A DNA stretch of 64,000 nt, from the NCBI GenBank assembly GCA_053919585.1, contig CM132825.1; one strand, written 5' to 3'. Below, in pieces: positions 27,486-38,832 of this stretch (within the stretch, counting starts at the first letter, position 1; the number at the start of each line of letters is the position of its first letter). The translations under genes were made by a program, and so were the position numbers. The DNA comes from Euprymna scolopes. Lineage: Eukaryota. Below the pieces are notes generated by a model. That model saw nothing but the letters and a program-made list of their open reading frames with translations. It searched no databases and was not told where the DNA came from.

Positions 27486-27688
27486 ATTTGTCTTTGCTAT
27501 TCCATCAGTATCAAGTCAAGGGATTAGGCTACATGTATCACATCCTTCTGCATCTGTTACGGCTAAAGAAGATTACCAGAGATATGTTTTACATAAAGAA
27601 TTGTCACCAAAAGCTTCTTGCCTTCACAAGAATCAAGCATCCATGGCTGTACAGTTCCCAGAACTTCGTTTGATACAGTATGACTGTG
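27486..27688 (+). CDS. dom: domino exon 25 (FVFAIP...QFPELRLIQYDCG)
   Basis: ccag / G|gtaagt; SWR1-family signature. Confidence 0.95.
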
Positions 27689-27803
27689 GTAAGTTATTTT
27701 GCTTTCTTACTGTTTAATATATCAATCTTTTTATAGCAGTGTTTTGATGTTATGGACAAAATGTCATGGACTTGGTTTACAGTATTATCAGCCTCTTTTG
27801 GGT

Positions 27804-27983
27804 TATTTAATGCCGAAACCTTAATTATTTAGGCTATTTAATGCCGAAACCTTAATTATTTAGGCTATTTAATGCCGAAACCTTAATTATTTAGGCTATT
27901 TAATGCCGAAACCTTAATTATTTAGGCTATTTAATGCCGAAACCTTAATTATTTAGGCTATTTAATGCCGAAACCTTAATTAT
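27804..27983. repeat. 31-bp minisatellite, ~5.7 copies
   Basis: Unit tatttaatgccgaaaccttaattatttaggc. Confidence 0.92.
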
Positions 27984-28834
27984 AAAATGATAAATGGAAG
28001 TTAAATGTTAACGCTTCAGTAAACCTTGTGATTATATTTTGTTGTAGGTTTTTGTTCATTTTAGGAATTCAAAATATTTTCTTGGTCAGCCTTACTAAAT
28101 ATTTGTTGAATTATTTTCTTGGTAGTGTTTCATTCGGGTTTGTTCAAAATCCACACAACCTGTTAGTATGTATGTATGGTTCTTGGCATGTTATGCAAAG
28201 TTGTCCTTTCAGTAAATGATTGGTGGCCAACGATTGTCCTAGTTATTACCTTTATTACCCTTACGTTTATTACCCTTCTTGACATCTTCATTTTTGTGTC
28301 TTCTATTCTGATGATTAAAATCAAGATGATTACTTGTGCTGTTTCTCGTTGAATCTGAGAACTGGAAAATTTGTCTTTTCCTTGCTGATATTTAAACCTG
28401 TATATCTTACTTACACTTTCCATTTAATATTGATATTGTCTTTATGAAACTATCATCACCATCATAATATGTCGATTTTTATATGCTGCTATGCCTTGGA
28501 CAACTTCTAGAAATTGATGTTCAAACTAACCTATCTTGGACCATGTTTATTTATCCTTTTTGTCTTTGTTCCTCCTTCCCACTTCCTCCCAATTGGAAAG
28601 ATAAATCCGAAATCTCCATCTACGAGGTGAAATTTTGTGAATAGAATAACCCAGATGGAAGAAATCTGAGTCGATACTGAATGCTTCCATAGTTTCATAA
28701 GACACTCCACTATACGAAGGATATCATAGGAAACAAAGTTGATTAGTGAAAAAATTTTACTTCTGCATTTTATTGTTGCTTTCAAAATATATATTTTTTA
28801 ATTATATAAATCTATCTATCTATAAACCTTTCAG

Positions 28835-29004
28835 GAAAATTACAAACCCTTGACGTTCTACTCCGGCAGCTGAAAACTGGTCATCATCGTGTGTTGATCT
28901 TTACTCAAATGACCAAAATGTTGGATGTTTTAGAAACATTTCTTAATTATCATGGTCATAGATATTTACGTTTGGATGGAACAACCAGAGTTGAACAGAG
29001 ACAG
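28835..29004 (+). CDS. dom: domino exon 26 (KLQTLDVLL...RVLIFTQM...YLRLDG)
   Basis: ttcag / CAG|gtaaac; helicase C motif IV. Confidence 0.96.
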
Positions 29005-29504
29005 GTAAACAACTTTCCTTTTTTTCTTTTTCCTTTTTTTTCTTTTCTTATCTTTTTTTTCCTTCTATTTTCTTTTTCTATTCATTTTTATTTTTCATTT
29101 TCTTTTTCACTTTTTCCTTTTTATTTTTCTATGTACAAATGTCAAATGTCAACCTGATTTGCATATACTGTGATTAGACTTGTGGTGAACAAAGGTTTTA
29201 AAAACAATTATTAATCCTTGTAAGATAAGGATAGCAAATTTTAATATTACACATAGAATAGAAATAACAAATACCCAACTTTATGTATTTTTAAAGGTGA
29301 TTAATGAATCATTGTGAATTGAGGAACACGCATACCATGTATAAAAGGTCTAAATGTTAATTTTTATGCAAAATTAGGATGAAAAGGGGGAGAAACCCGC
29401 TTGCAAGAATTTAGAATCTGTTGATTTTTTTAATGAAAATTTAATAGGTATTAGACAAATCTAAATATTTCCAATATTTCCGTTTCTTTGTAGTAGTATT
29501 TTAG

Positions 29505-29834
<330 letters not shown>

Positions 29835-29981
29835 TAAATATGGGAAACAAAGCTCAAATTTTTTTTTTCTTACTATTTTTTTCCCCCCAATTTATATATA
29901 AACTTATATACTTGTTTAAATACCTGTCTGTGTTTGCAAAGTAAAACTAGTTTATATATATATTTTTTTATTTTATTAAAG

Positions 29982-30096
29982 GCTCATCAGTGAAAGAACT
30001 ATTGAAGAGAATATTTTGAAGAAAGCTGATCAGAAACGATTGCTCGGTGATGTAGCTATTGAAGGTGGAAACTTCACTACGGCTTTCTTTAAACAG
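29982..30096 (+). CDS. dom: domino exon 28 (LISERTIEENILKKA...GGNFTTAFFKQ)
   Basis: aag acceptor / CAG|gtagaa. Confidence 0.94.
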
Positions 30097-30785
30097 GTAG
30101 AATTTTATTTTATTAGTATTTTTTTAATTATCTTTTTAATGTCATTCGTTAACTATGTTGAGTTTCCCAAATCTACCTATTTCAGTAGCTTTTTTGCCTC
30201 AACCACCTTTCTTTTTTTATTGCTATTTGATTGGATTTCTCTTTTCTGTCTGTCTCTCTCTTTTTATTTTTTGCTTTATCTTCAGTCAATCTCGTCTTTC
30301 CTCCCTCTTTTTCTTTAGAGTAGAAGAGAGAACCTACGTTATGAGAAGCAGAATGAGCAATAGATTTAATGGAAGTTTTAGTCGATTTCTTGTAAAGAAT
30401 ATCATCCATTAAAATCTTTCTCCATCTCTATGAATTTTTTTTGTTTATGTCTCAACCCTATATCTTTATAGTTTAGTTCTCAGTTGAATTACCCTCCTTG
30501 AAAATTAATGAACAACTATTTAAAGAAAATGTTTTAGTAATTTATCTATATATTAATTTATTTATGAACTCACTTAAATCACTATAAATATCAATAAAAA
30601 CTGTTGCACGCACACACACAAAATTAGAGTAATAAGGAAAAAACACCAAATGCTAATTGATTGTAAATTATTAAAAATAGTTATACAAATTGGGCATATA
30701 GATAGCTGTTTGGCACCTTTTTCTCTATTATTCTCGATTTAAAAAAAAAAACTTATATTGTATTTTTTTTTTTTTTTTTTTTAAG

Positions 30786-30980
30786 AATACTATCAAAGAA
30801 TTATTTGATGAACCAACTGGATTGCATCTTTTGGCAAAAGAGAAGGAAACTCGAGCACACCAACTTGAAAAACAACAATTGGAATCTCAACAAACCATGG
30901 TTCCTTCACCCAAAGTAGCCAAAACTTCACCTGAAGGAAGTACTGGCAAAGAAACAAATTTGACTAACCAGCTGGAACAA
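30786..30980 (+). CDS. dom: domino exon 29 (NTIKELFD...)
   Basis: poly-T + aag acceptor / CAA|gtaagt. Confidence 0.88.
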
Positions 30981-31712
30981 GTAAGTTTCATTTTGATGAT
31001 TAAGTTAGTATTAAGTCCTGGCAACTCTCTCTTCAGGCCAAGAACCAAGTGTAGTATCTGTTTTGATGCTACACTTCAATTTTTTGTTCTGTTAGTGGAG
31101 AAATCCTTCACAACTGAGACAATTTTTATTTTTGTTTCTTCCTCACATTAAAAACCTACTTTGGTTCTAATTCTGCTCTCGTGGGGAGGCAAGTAACGAG
31201 CTAATAAAAAAAAAAAAAAAAGAAATTTGTACTTCCAAGTTCAAAAACTTGCCAGCAATAAGTGTTAGAATAGATTCTGACCCAGAAAACAGATTCTTCA
31301 TTCTTTATTAGAAATATCACTCCTGGAACGTGAGGACTGAATGACAAAATAAGGGAGTGAGTTACACGATTGCCAAAAGGAACCCCAACATTCATTTTCT
31401 ATTCTCCTTAATGCTTTCTTTTATTTCTCCATTTTGATAAGTATTGTTATAAATAAACATTGATTCCTTAGTATTTTTTGCAGGATACAATACAAACAAG
31501 TTTCATTAAAAAAAGAAATTGTTTTTCATATTTTACTTTGATAAAACTGCCAAGAATTCATAAATATTTTTTGATGTTCAAATTTCAATAGTTATCAGTA
31601 ATAAATTTTTATTACTAGTAATGATGTTCAAATTGTGTAAAATAGCTTTAAAAAAAAAAAAAAAAAAAATTTCATCCTTGTCTAAAATGTCCTTTTATTT
31701 TAATGTTTATAG

Positions 31713-31895
31713 GCATTGTGTAAAGCTGAAGATGAAACTGATGTAATTGCTGCTGATTTGGTGATGGCCGAACAAAAGGCAGAGTTGGCTGAATTTGATG
31801 AGAATATTCCTTGGGATGATAAGGAAGCTGAGAAAAGGCTAGATGACGAAGAGACTTCTAAAGCAGAGATGGAACTAACACTTTTGGAAAAAGAG
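31713..31895 (+). CDS. dom: domino exon 30 (ALCKAEDETDV...AELAEFDENIP)
   Basis: atag / GAG|gtaaat; conserved post-ATPase motif. Confidence 0.93.
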
Positions 31896-32539
31896 GTAAA
31901 TTTTCTGTTTCAACTTGAGATAATCATTCTGTATTATATTTACTTCTACACTGGTTTTGTGGAGTCATACTCAAACAGAATTCAGTGCTGAAAAAGTTAA
32001 AGTTGCTAAAAATTGACAACTTCTTATGTGAAAAATAAAAGAAGAATGTAAACAAGCAGCAGTGTTCTTCAATGGAACGTAATTCATACTGGTCGTGATA
32101 CTTTTGAAGTGTAGTCTGACGAACCAACCTGAGGTTGCTATGTGAGTCTGAACTTTGCGATGAGAATTATATTTAGAACAGTGTCATCGCAACCCCATCA
32201 ACAGTCTAGACAGTTATTTTTAGCATGTCAGCGTGGCACTGGCACCATGTAATTTAATTGGTTGACCCTCTTTTTTGTGTGGAATGACAAAGGACCATGA
32301 GGTGTCCAAAAAGTTAAAAAAAAATAATAATGATGATAAATCAATAAATAAAATATAAGGTCAGTAAACTTCAATACAATGAACAAAGCGGATGTATCTT
32401 GGGATGATAGTAATTAATACCACAAAAAAACAAAACTTGTTCAAATAATCGGTTTAGCATCGTGTAAGGATTTGAGAAACAAATAAGAAATGGACTTTCT
32501 TTTACCATTGGATAAAAAGAAGAAAAAAAAGTAATAAAC

Positions 32540-32660
32540 GCAGTAAAGGGAGTGCAAAACAGAACTGCAAACAATGATCAAATTTAAAAAGGAACTGATA
32601 GCGAAATTTGAAGGAGGAATATGCATGTCAGCACTTACAAAGGAATATAAAATGGCAGTG
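32540..32660 (+). mobile_element. pogo/Tigger transposase N-terminal HTH relic
   Basis: Translation FKKELIAKFEGGICMSALTKEYKM resembles CENP-B/Tigger N-terminal HTH (psq-type). Confidence 0.5.
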
Positions 32661-33129
32661 CAATTAAATGTAGGAAATCCTCATTTACAGATAAAAAGGG
32701 ACCTATTCTTCAGTCAGTGTTATAACTTTGTACAAGACTTGAGTAAGTTTGACCATTTTAAAATTTTATTAATCTGAGCTAAGTCCGTATTTGCTTGTTT
32801 AGCCCAGGAGGGCAGTTAAACACATTTTTTTTTTTTTTTAATTGGGACAACACAATTCACCAAATAAAGGGAACTTCTGATTGGACAACAATAAAAATTA
32901 TCTCCATTCTCAGTCTAGAAGAATTTTTCCTCACTAATTGAGAGCAGGAAAAATTAAGTGTCATTATAAGACCACCACACTCAGCTCCTAGTCAAATTTG
33001 AGGCTACCAACTCCACAACCTATGTCAATGTATTGTGTAATCATGTATTGAATGAATTGGCTATTATCAATTTTACTTATGAATATTTATATTCTTAGAT
33101 TTTATCCAATTCTTTGTTTTCTCTTTTAG

Positions 33130-33213
33130 TTGTCTCCTGTTGAACGATATGCTGTTCTCTTTATGGAAACTCAAATGGAGCCTTTCTGTGCCGAGGAACT
33201 TCAAATGGCAGAA
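33130..33213 (+). CDS. dom: domino exon 31 (LSPVERYAVLFME)
   Basis: tttag / GAA|gtaagt; LxPIERYA motif. Confidence 0.93.
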
Positions 33214-33360
33214 GTAAGTTTTATGTTTTCTTGGAATCAAGAGGTTTTAGTATAGAATATTCACCCATCTATACAATATGTTAAGACATTTCATATTATG
33301 TACATTACCATTTTTTATGTACAATTAAATCGTCTGATCAGCAAAGCTGGTGATCAGTGA

Positions 33361-36300
33361 TTTATCTGATGTCGGCAAGGTGAACCATTCTAACTTTACT
33401 CATTTATCTGATGTCGGCAAGGTAAACCATCCTAACTTTACTCATTTATCTGATGTCGGCAAGGTAAACCATCCTAACTTTACTCATTTATCTGATGTCG
33501 GCAAGGTAAACCATCCTAACTTTACTCATTTATCTGATGTCGGCAAGGTAAACCATCCTAACTTTACTCATTTATCTGATGTCGGCAAGGTGAACCATTC
33601 TAACTTTACTCATTTATCTGATGTCGGCAAGGTGAACCATTCTAACTTTACTCATTTATCTGATGTCGGCAAGGTAAACCATCCTAACTTTACTCATTTA
33701 TCTGATGTCGGCAAGGTAAACCATCCTAACTTTACTCATTTATCTGATGTCGGCAAGGTAAACCATCCTAACTTTACTCATTTATCTGATGTCGGCAAGG
33801 TAAACCATCCTAACTTTACTCATTTATCTGATGTCGGCAAGGTAAACCATCCTAACTTTACTCATTTATCTGATGTCGGCAAGGTGAACCATTCTAACTT
33901 TACTCATTTATCTGATGTCGGCAAGGTAAACCATCCTAACTTTACTCATTTATCTGATGTCGGCAAGGTAAACCATCCTAACTTTACTCATTTATCTGAT
34001 GTCGGCAAGGTGAACCATTCTAACTTTACTCATTTATCTGATGTCGGCAAGGTGAACCATTCTAACTTTACTCATTTATCTGATGTCGGCAAGGTAAACC
34101 ATCCTAACTTTACTCATTTATCTGATGTCGGCAAGGTAAACCATCCTAACTTTACTCATTTATCTGATGTCGGCAAGGTAAACCATCCTAACTTTACTCA
34201 TTTATCTGATGTCGGCAAGGTAAACCATCCTAACTTTACTCATTTATCTGATGTCGGCAAGGTGAACCATTCTAACTTTACTCATTTATCTGATGTCGGC
34301 AAGGTAAACCATCCTAACTTTACTCATTTATCTGATGTCGGCAAGGTAAACCATCCTAACTTTACTCATTTATCTGATGTCGGCAAGGTAAACCATCCTA
34401 ACTTTACTCATTTATCTGATGTCGGCAAGGTAAACCATCCTAACTTTACTCATTTATCTGATGTCGGCAAGGTGAACCATTCTAACTTTACTCATTTATC
34501 TGATGTCGGCAAGGTGAACCATTCTAACTTTACTCATTTATCTGATGTCGGCAAGGTAAACCATCCTAACTTTACTCATTTATCTGATGTCGGCAAGGTA
34601 AACCATCCTAACTTTACTCATTTATCTGATGTCGGCAAGGTAAACCATCCTAACTTTACTCATTTATCTGATGTCGGCAAGGTAAACCATCCTAACTTTA
34701 CTCATTTATCTGATGTCGGCAAGGTGAACCATTCTAACTTTACTCATTTATCTGATGTCGGCAAGGTGAACCATTCTAACTTTACTCATTTATCTGATGT
34801 CGGCAAGGTAAACCATCCTAACTTTACTCATTTATCTGATGTCGGCAAGGTAAACCATCCTAACTTTACTCATTTATCTGATGTCGGCAAGGTGAACCAT
34901 TCTAACTTTACTCATTTATCTGATGTCGGCAAGGTGAACCATTCTAACTTTACTCATTTATCTGATGTCGGCAAGGTAAACCATCCTAACTTTACTCATT
35001 TATCTGATGTCGGCAAGGTAAACCATCCTAACTTTACTCATTTATCTGATGTCGGCAAGGTGAACCATTCTAACTTTACTCATTTATCTGATGTCGGCAA
35101 GGTGAACCATTCTAACTTTACTCATTTATCTGATGTCGGCAAGGTGAACCATTCTAACTTTACTCATTTATCTGATGTCGGCAAGGTAAACCATCCTAAC
35201 TTTACTCATTTATCTGATGTCGGCAAGGTAAACCATCCTAACTTTACTCATTTATCTGATGTCGGCAAGGTGAACCATTCTAACTTTACTCATTTATCTG
35301 ATGTCGGCAAGGTGAACCATTCTAACTTTACTCATTTATCTGATGTCGGCAAGGTAAACCATCCTAACTTTACTCATTTATCTGATGTCGGCAAGGTAAA
35401 CCATCCTAACTTTACTCATTTATCTGATGTCGGCAAGGTGAACCATTCTAACTTTACTCATTTATCTGATGTCGGCAAGGTGAACCATTCTAACTTTACT
35501 CATTTATCTGATGTCGGCAAGGTAAACCATCCTAACTTTACTCATTTATCTGATGTCGGCAAGGTAAACCATCCTAACTTTACTCATTTATCTGATGTCG
35601 GCAAGGTAAACCATCCTAACTTTACTCATTTATCTGATGTCGGCAAGGTGAACCATTCTAACTTTACTCATTTATCTGATGTCGGCAAGGTAAACCATCC
35701 TAACTTTACTCATTTATCTGATGTCGGCAAGGTAAACCATCCTAACTTTACTCATTTATCTGATGTCGGCAAGGTGAACCATTCTAACTTTACTCATTTA
35801 TCTGATGTCGGCAAGGTGAACCATTCTAACTTTACTCATTTATCTGATGTCGGCAAGGTAAACCATCCTAACTTTACTCATTTATCTGATGTCGGCAAGG
35901 TAAACCATCCTAACTTTACTCATTTATCTGATGTCGGCAAGGTAAACCATCCTAACTTTACTCATTTATCTGATGTCGGCAAGGTGAACCATTCTAACTT
36001 TACTCATTTATCTGATGTCGGCAAGGTAAACCATCCTAACTTTACTCATTTATCTGATGTCGGCAAGGTAAACCATCCTAACTTTACTCATTTATCTGAT
36101 GTCGGCAAGGTGAACCATTCTAACTTTACTCATTTATCTGATGTCGGCAAGGTGAACCATTCTAACTTTACTCATTTATCTGATGTCGGCAAGGTAAACC
36201 ATCCTAACTTTACTCATTTATCTGATGTCGGCAAGGTAAACCATCCTAACTTTACTCATTTATCTGATGTCGGCAAGGTAAACCATCCTAACTTTACTCA

Positions 36301-37350
36301 TTTATCTGATGTCGGCAAGGTGAACCATTCTAACTTTACTCATTTATCTGATGTCGGCAAGGTAAACCATCCTAACTTTACTCATTTATCTGATGTCGGC
36401 AAGGTAAACCATCCTAACTTTACTCATTTATCTGATGTCGGCAAGGTAAACCATCCTAACTTTACTCATTTATCTGATGTCGGCAAGGTGAACCATTCTA
36501 ACTTTACTCATTTATCTGATGTCGGCAAGGTAAACCATCCTAACTTTACTCATTTATCTGATGTCGGCAAGGTAAACCATCCTAACTTTACTCATTTATC
36601 TGATGTCGGCAAGGTGAACCATTCTAACTTTACTCATTTATCTGATGTCGGCAAGGTGAACCATTCTAACTTTACTCATTTATCTGATGTCGGCAAGGTA
36701 AACCATCCTAACTTTACTCATTTATCTGATGTCGGCAAGGTAAACCATCCTAACTTTACTCATTTATCTGATGTCGGCAAGGTAAACCATCCTAACTTTA
36801 CTCATTTATCTGATGTCGGCAAGGTGAACCATTCTAACTTTACTCATTTATCTGATGTCGGCAAGGTAAACCATCCTAACTTTACTCATTTATCTGATGT
36901 CGGCAAGGTAAACCATCCTAACTTTACTCATTTATCTGATGTCGGCAAGGTGAACCATTCTAACTTTACTCATTTATCTGATGTCGGCAAGGTGAACCAT
37001 TCTAACTTTACTCATTTATCTGATGTCGGCAAGGTAAACCATCCTAACTTTACTCATTTATCTGATGTCGGCAAGGTAAACCATCCTAACTTTACTCATT
37101 TATCTGATGTCGGCAAGGTAAACCATCCTAACTTTACTCATTTATCTGATGTCGGCAAGGTGAACCATTCTAACTTTACTCATTTATCTGATGTCGGCAA
37201 GGTAAACCATCCTAACTTTACTCATTTATCTGATGTCGGCAAGGTAAACCATCCTAACTTTACTCATTTATCTGATGTCGGCAAGGTGAACCATTCTAAC
37301 TTTACTCATTTATCTGATGTCGGCAAGGTGAACCATTCTAACTTTACTCA
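33361..37350. repeat. Intronic 42-bp tandem array, 95 units, two variants
   Basis: Unit tttatctgatgtcggcaaggt(a/g)aaccat(c/t)ctaactttactca; 3990 bp / 42 = 95. Confidence 0.98.
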
Positions 37351-37564
37351 TTTAAGAATGGATTGTTCCAAAATTTTAAAAGTTCCTTTAAAATAGCACC
37401 ATTTTAAATAAGTACATCACAAAAAGTGACATTTGTACTTTGGATCTCAAGAATCTTTATCTGACAATCATTTTTATGGTGATTGAACGAATCTTTATCA
37501 CTTTGATAATTAAATTGTTACAAGTTTAAATAACAATATAGAGAGAGACATGCTAGCTTTTATC

Positions 37565-37810
37565 TATATAAATAAAACAGTTGGTGTGTGTGTGTGTACA
37601 TATTTTACTGATAGACTCTTAAACTACTAGTCATATGACACTAAAAGTAACAAGAAATAATAATCATACACCAAGCATGGTTTATAAGAGCTTTAGACCA
37701 TCCTTGGTGTATGATTACTATTTCCTATTAATTTCAGTGTCATGTAGCCAGTTGTTTAAAGTTAAATATTCACACACACACACACACACACCTACTGTTT
37801 TATTTATATA
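37565..37810. mobile_element. Palindromic MITE-like element (~245 bp fold-back)
   Basis: tatataaataaaacagttggtgtgtg...aatcatacaccaagcatggt pairs with accatccttggtgtatgatta...cacacacctactgttttatttatata. Confidence 0.75.
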
Positions 37811-38697
37811 AATGAACATCTTCTACATTGATCTCCAAAGGGGGAGATAATAAGTGGGGAACATAATATCATGACCCTCCCCTCCCTAAAAAAAGTTTAA
37901 AGAGGATGATATGGCAAGAAAAATAAGTGTACTAACTCCCCCCCCCCCACCTTTCCTCAAGACAAGATAAACATGGATAGAGGGCATCATGAGAAATAAA
38001 AATATACTGACCCCCCCCCCCCCCAAATACACACACACCATCTGTAAATAAGTATATCATGGAAATAACAGATACTACCATTAATTCTATCATCTCATAA
38101 AGGAGAAGGTAGTTCCTGGGAAGGTGGTATCATAGCAAATGCAACAGATGCTAATTCCCCTCCAAAAGAGGATGTAATGGGAGTATTACTAGTAGGATTT
38201 AGCTTTGGAATTTTTCACAAACACAAGCTTTATTTATTTATTTATTTATTGTAAGAAATTATTTTTGAAAAGATAATTCAGTAAAAGAATATATTCCATA
38301 AAACGAGTCTTTACATTAAATCCGTATGTCATGTAACGATATGTTGAAATTTAAATCCAATAAAGTTTTGTTTTCAACTGCATTATGAAATGTAGAAATC
38401 AATTAACAAATTGAAATTCTTAAAGGGAAAAATCTTTCACTAAAAAGATTTTTCCTTTGTAGACATGGTATGAAATATTTTTTAAAATCTGTTTTTGTGA
38501 ATTGAATTTACCTATATTGTTTGCACTAATTTAAACAAAAAAAAATGTTTAGAATTATAACATACCTAAAAATCTTGAAAAGCTACGTTTGAATATGAAT
38601 TTACCACAACAGTATCTGGTTTGATGTTTTTATTATACAGACGCACTAAATAGTTAAAACCAATCGTCATATGTTGTTTTGTATTTTCTACTTTCAG

Positions 38698-38832
38698 GAA
38701 GATATAGAATCTGCCAAAAAAGATTGGGAGTTGGCACGTCTTAAGGCATTGAAAGAAGAAGAAGAAATGAGAGCGGAATTAGAAGAGGACGAGATGCTAT
38801 TTACGTACGCCAGGGATGATGCATACAATCAG
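38698..38832 (+). CDS. dom: domino exon 32 short form (EDIESAKKDWEL...TYARDDAYNQ), spliced at internal donor for the p400/DOM-A-type isoform
   Basis: ttcag acceptor; CAG|gtgaag donor at 38833 in phase 0 with exon 33. Confidence 0.85.

Noticed and set aside
33361-33402. Hammerhead ribozyme within the 42-bp unit (CTGATGT...GAAC)
   Set aside because: Lacks the conserved A of CUGANGA and the GAAA motif; no convincing stems
33350-37396. 1348-aa ORF as an independent gene, or the array as a CRISPR locus
   Set aside because: The ORF follows from a stop-free 42-bp unit, starts at GTG and lies in an intron; there are no unique spacers or cas genes and the context is eukaryotic
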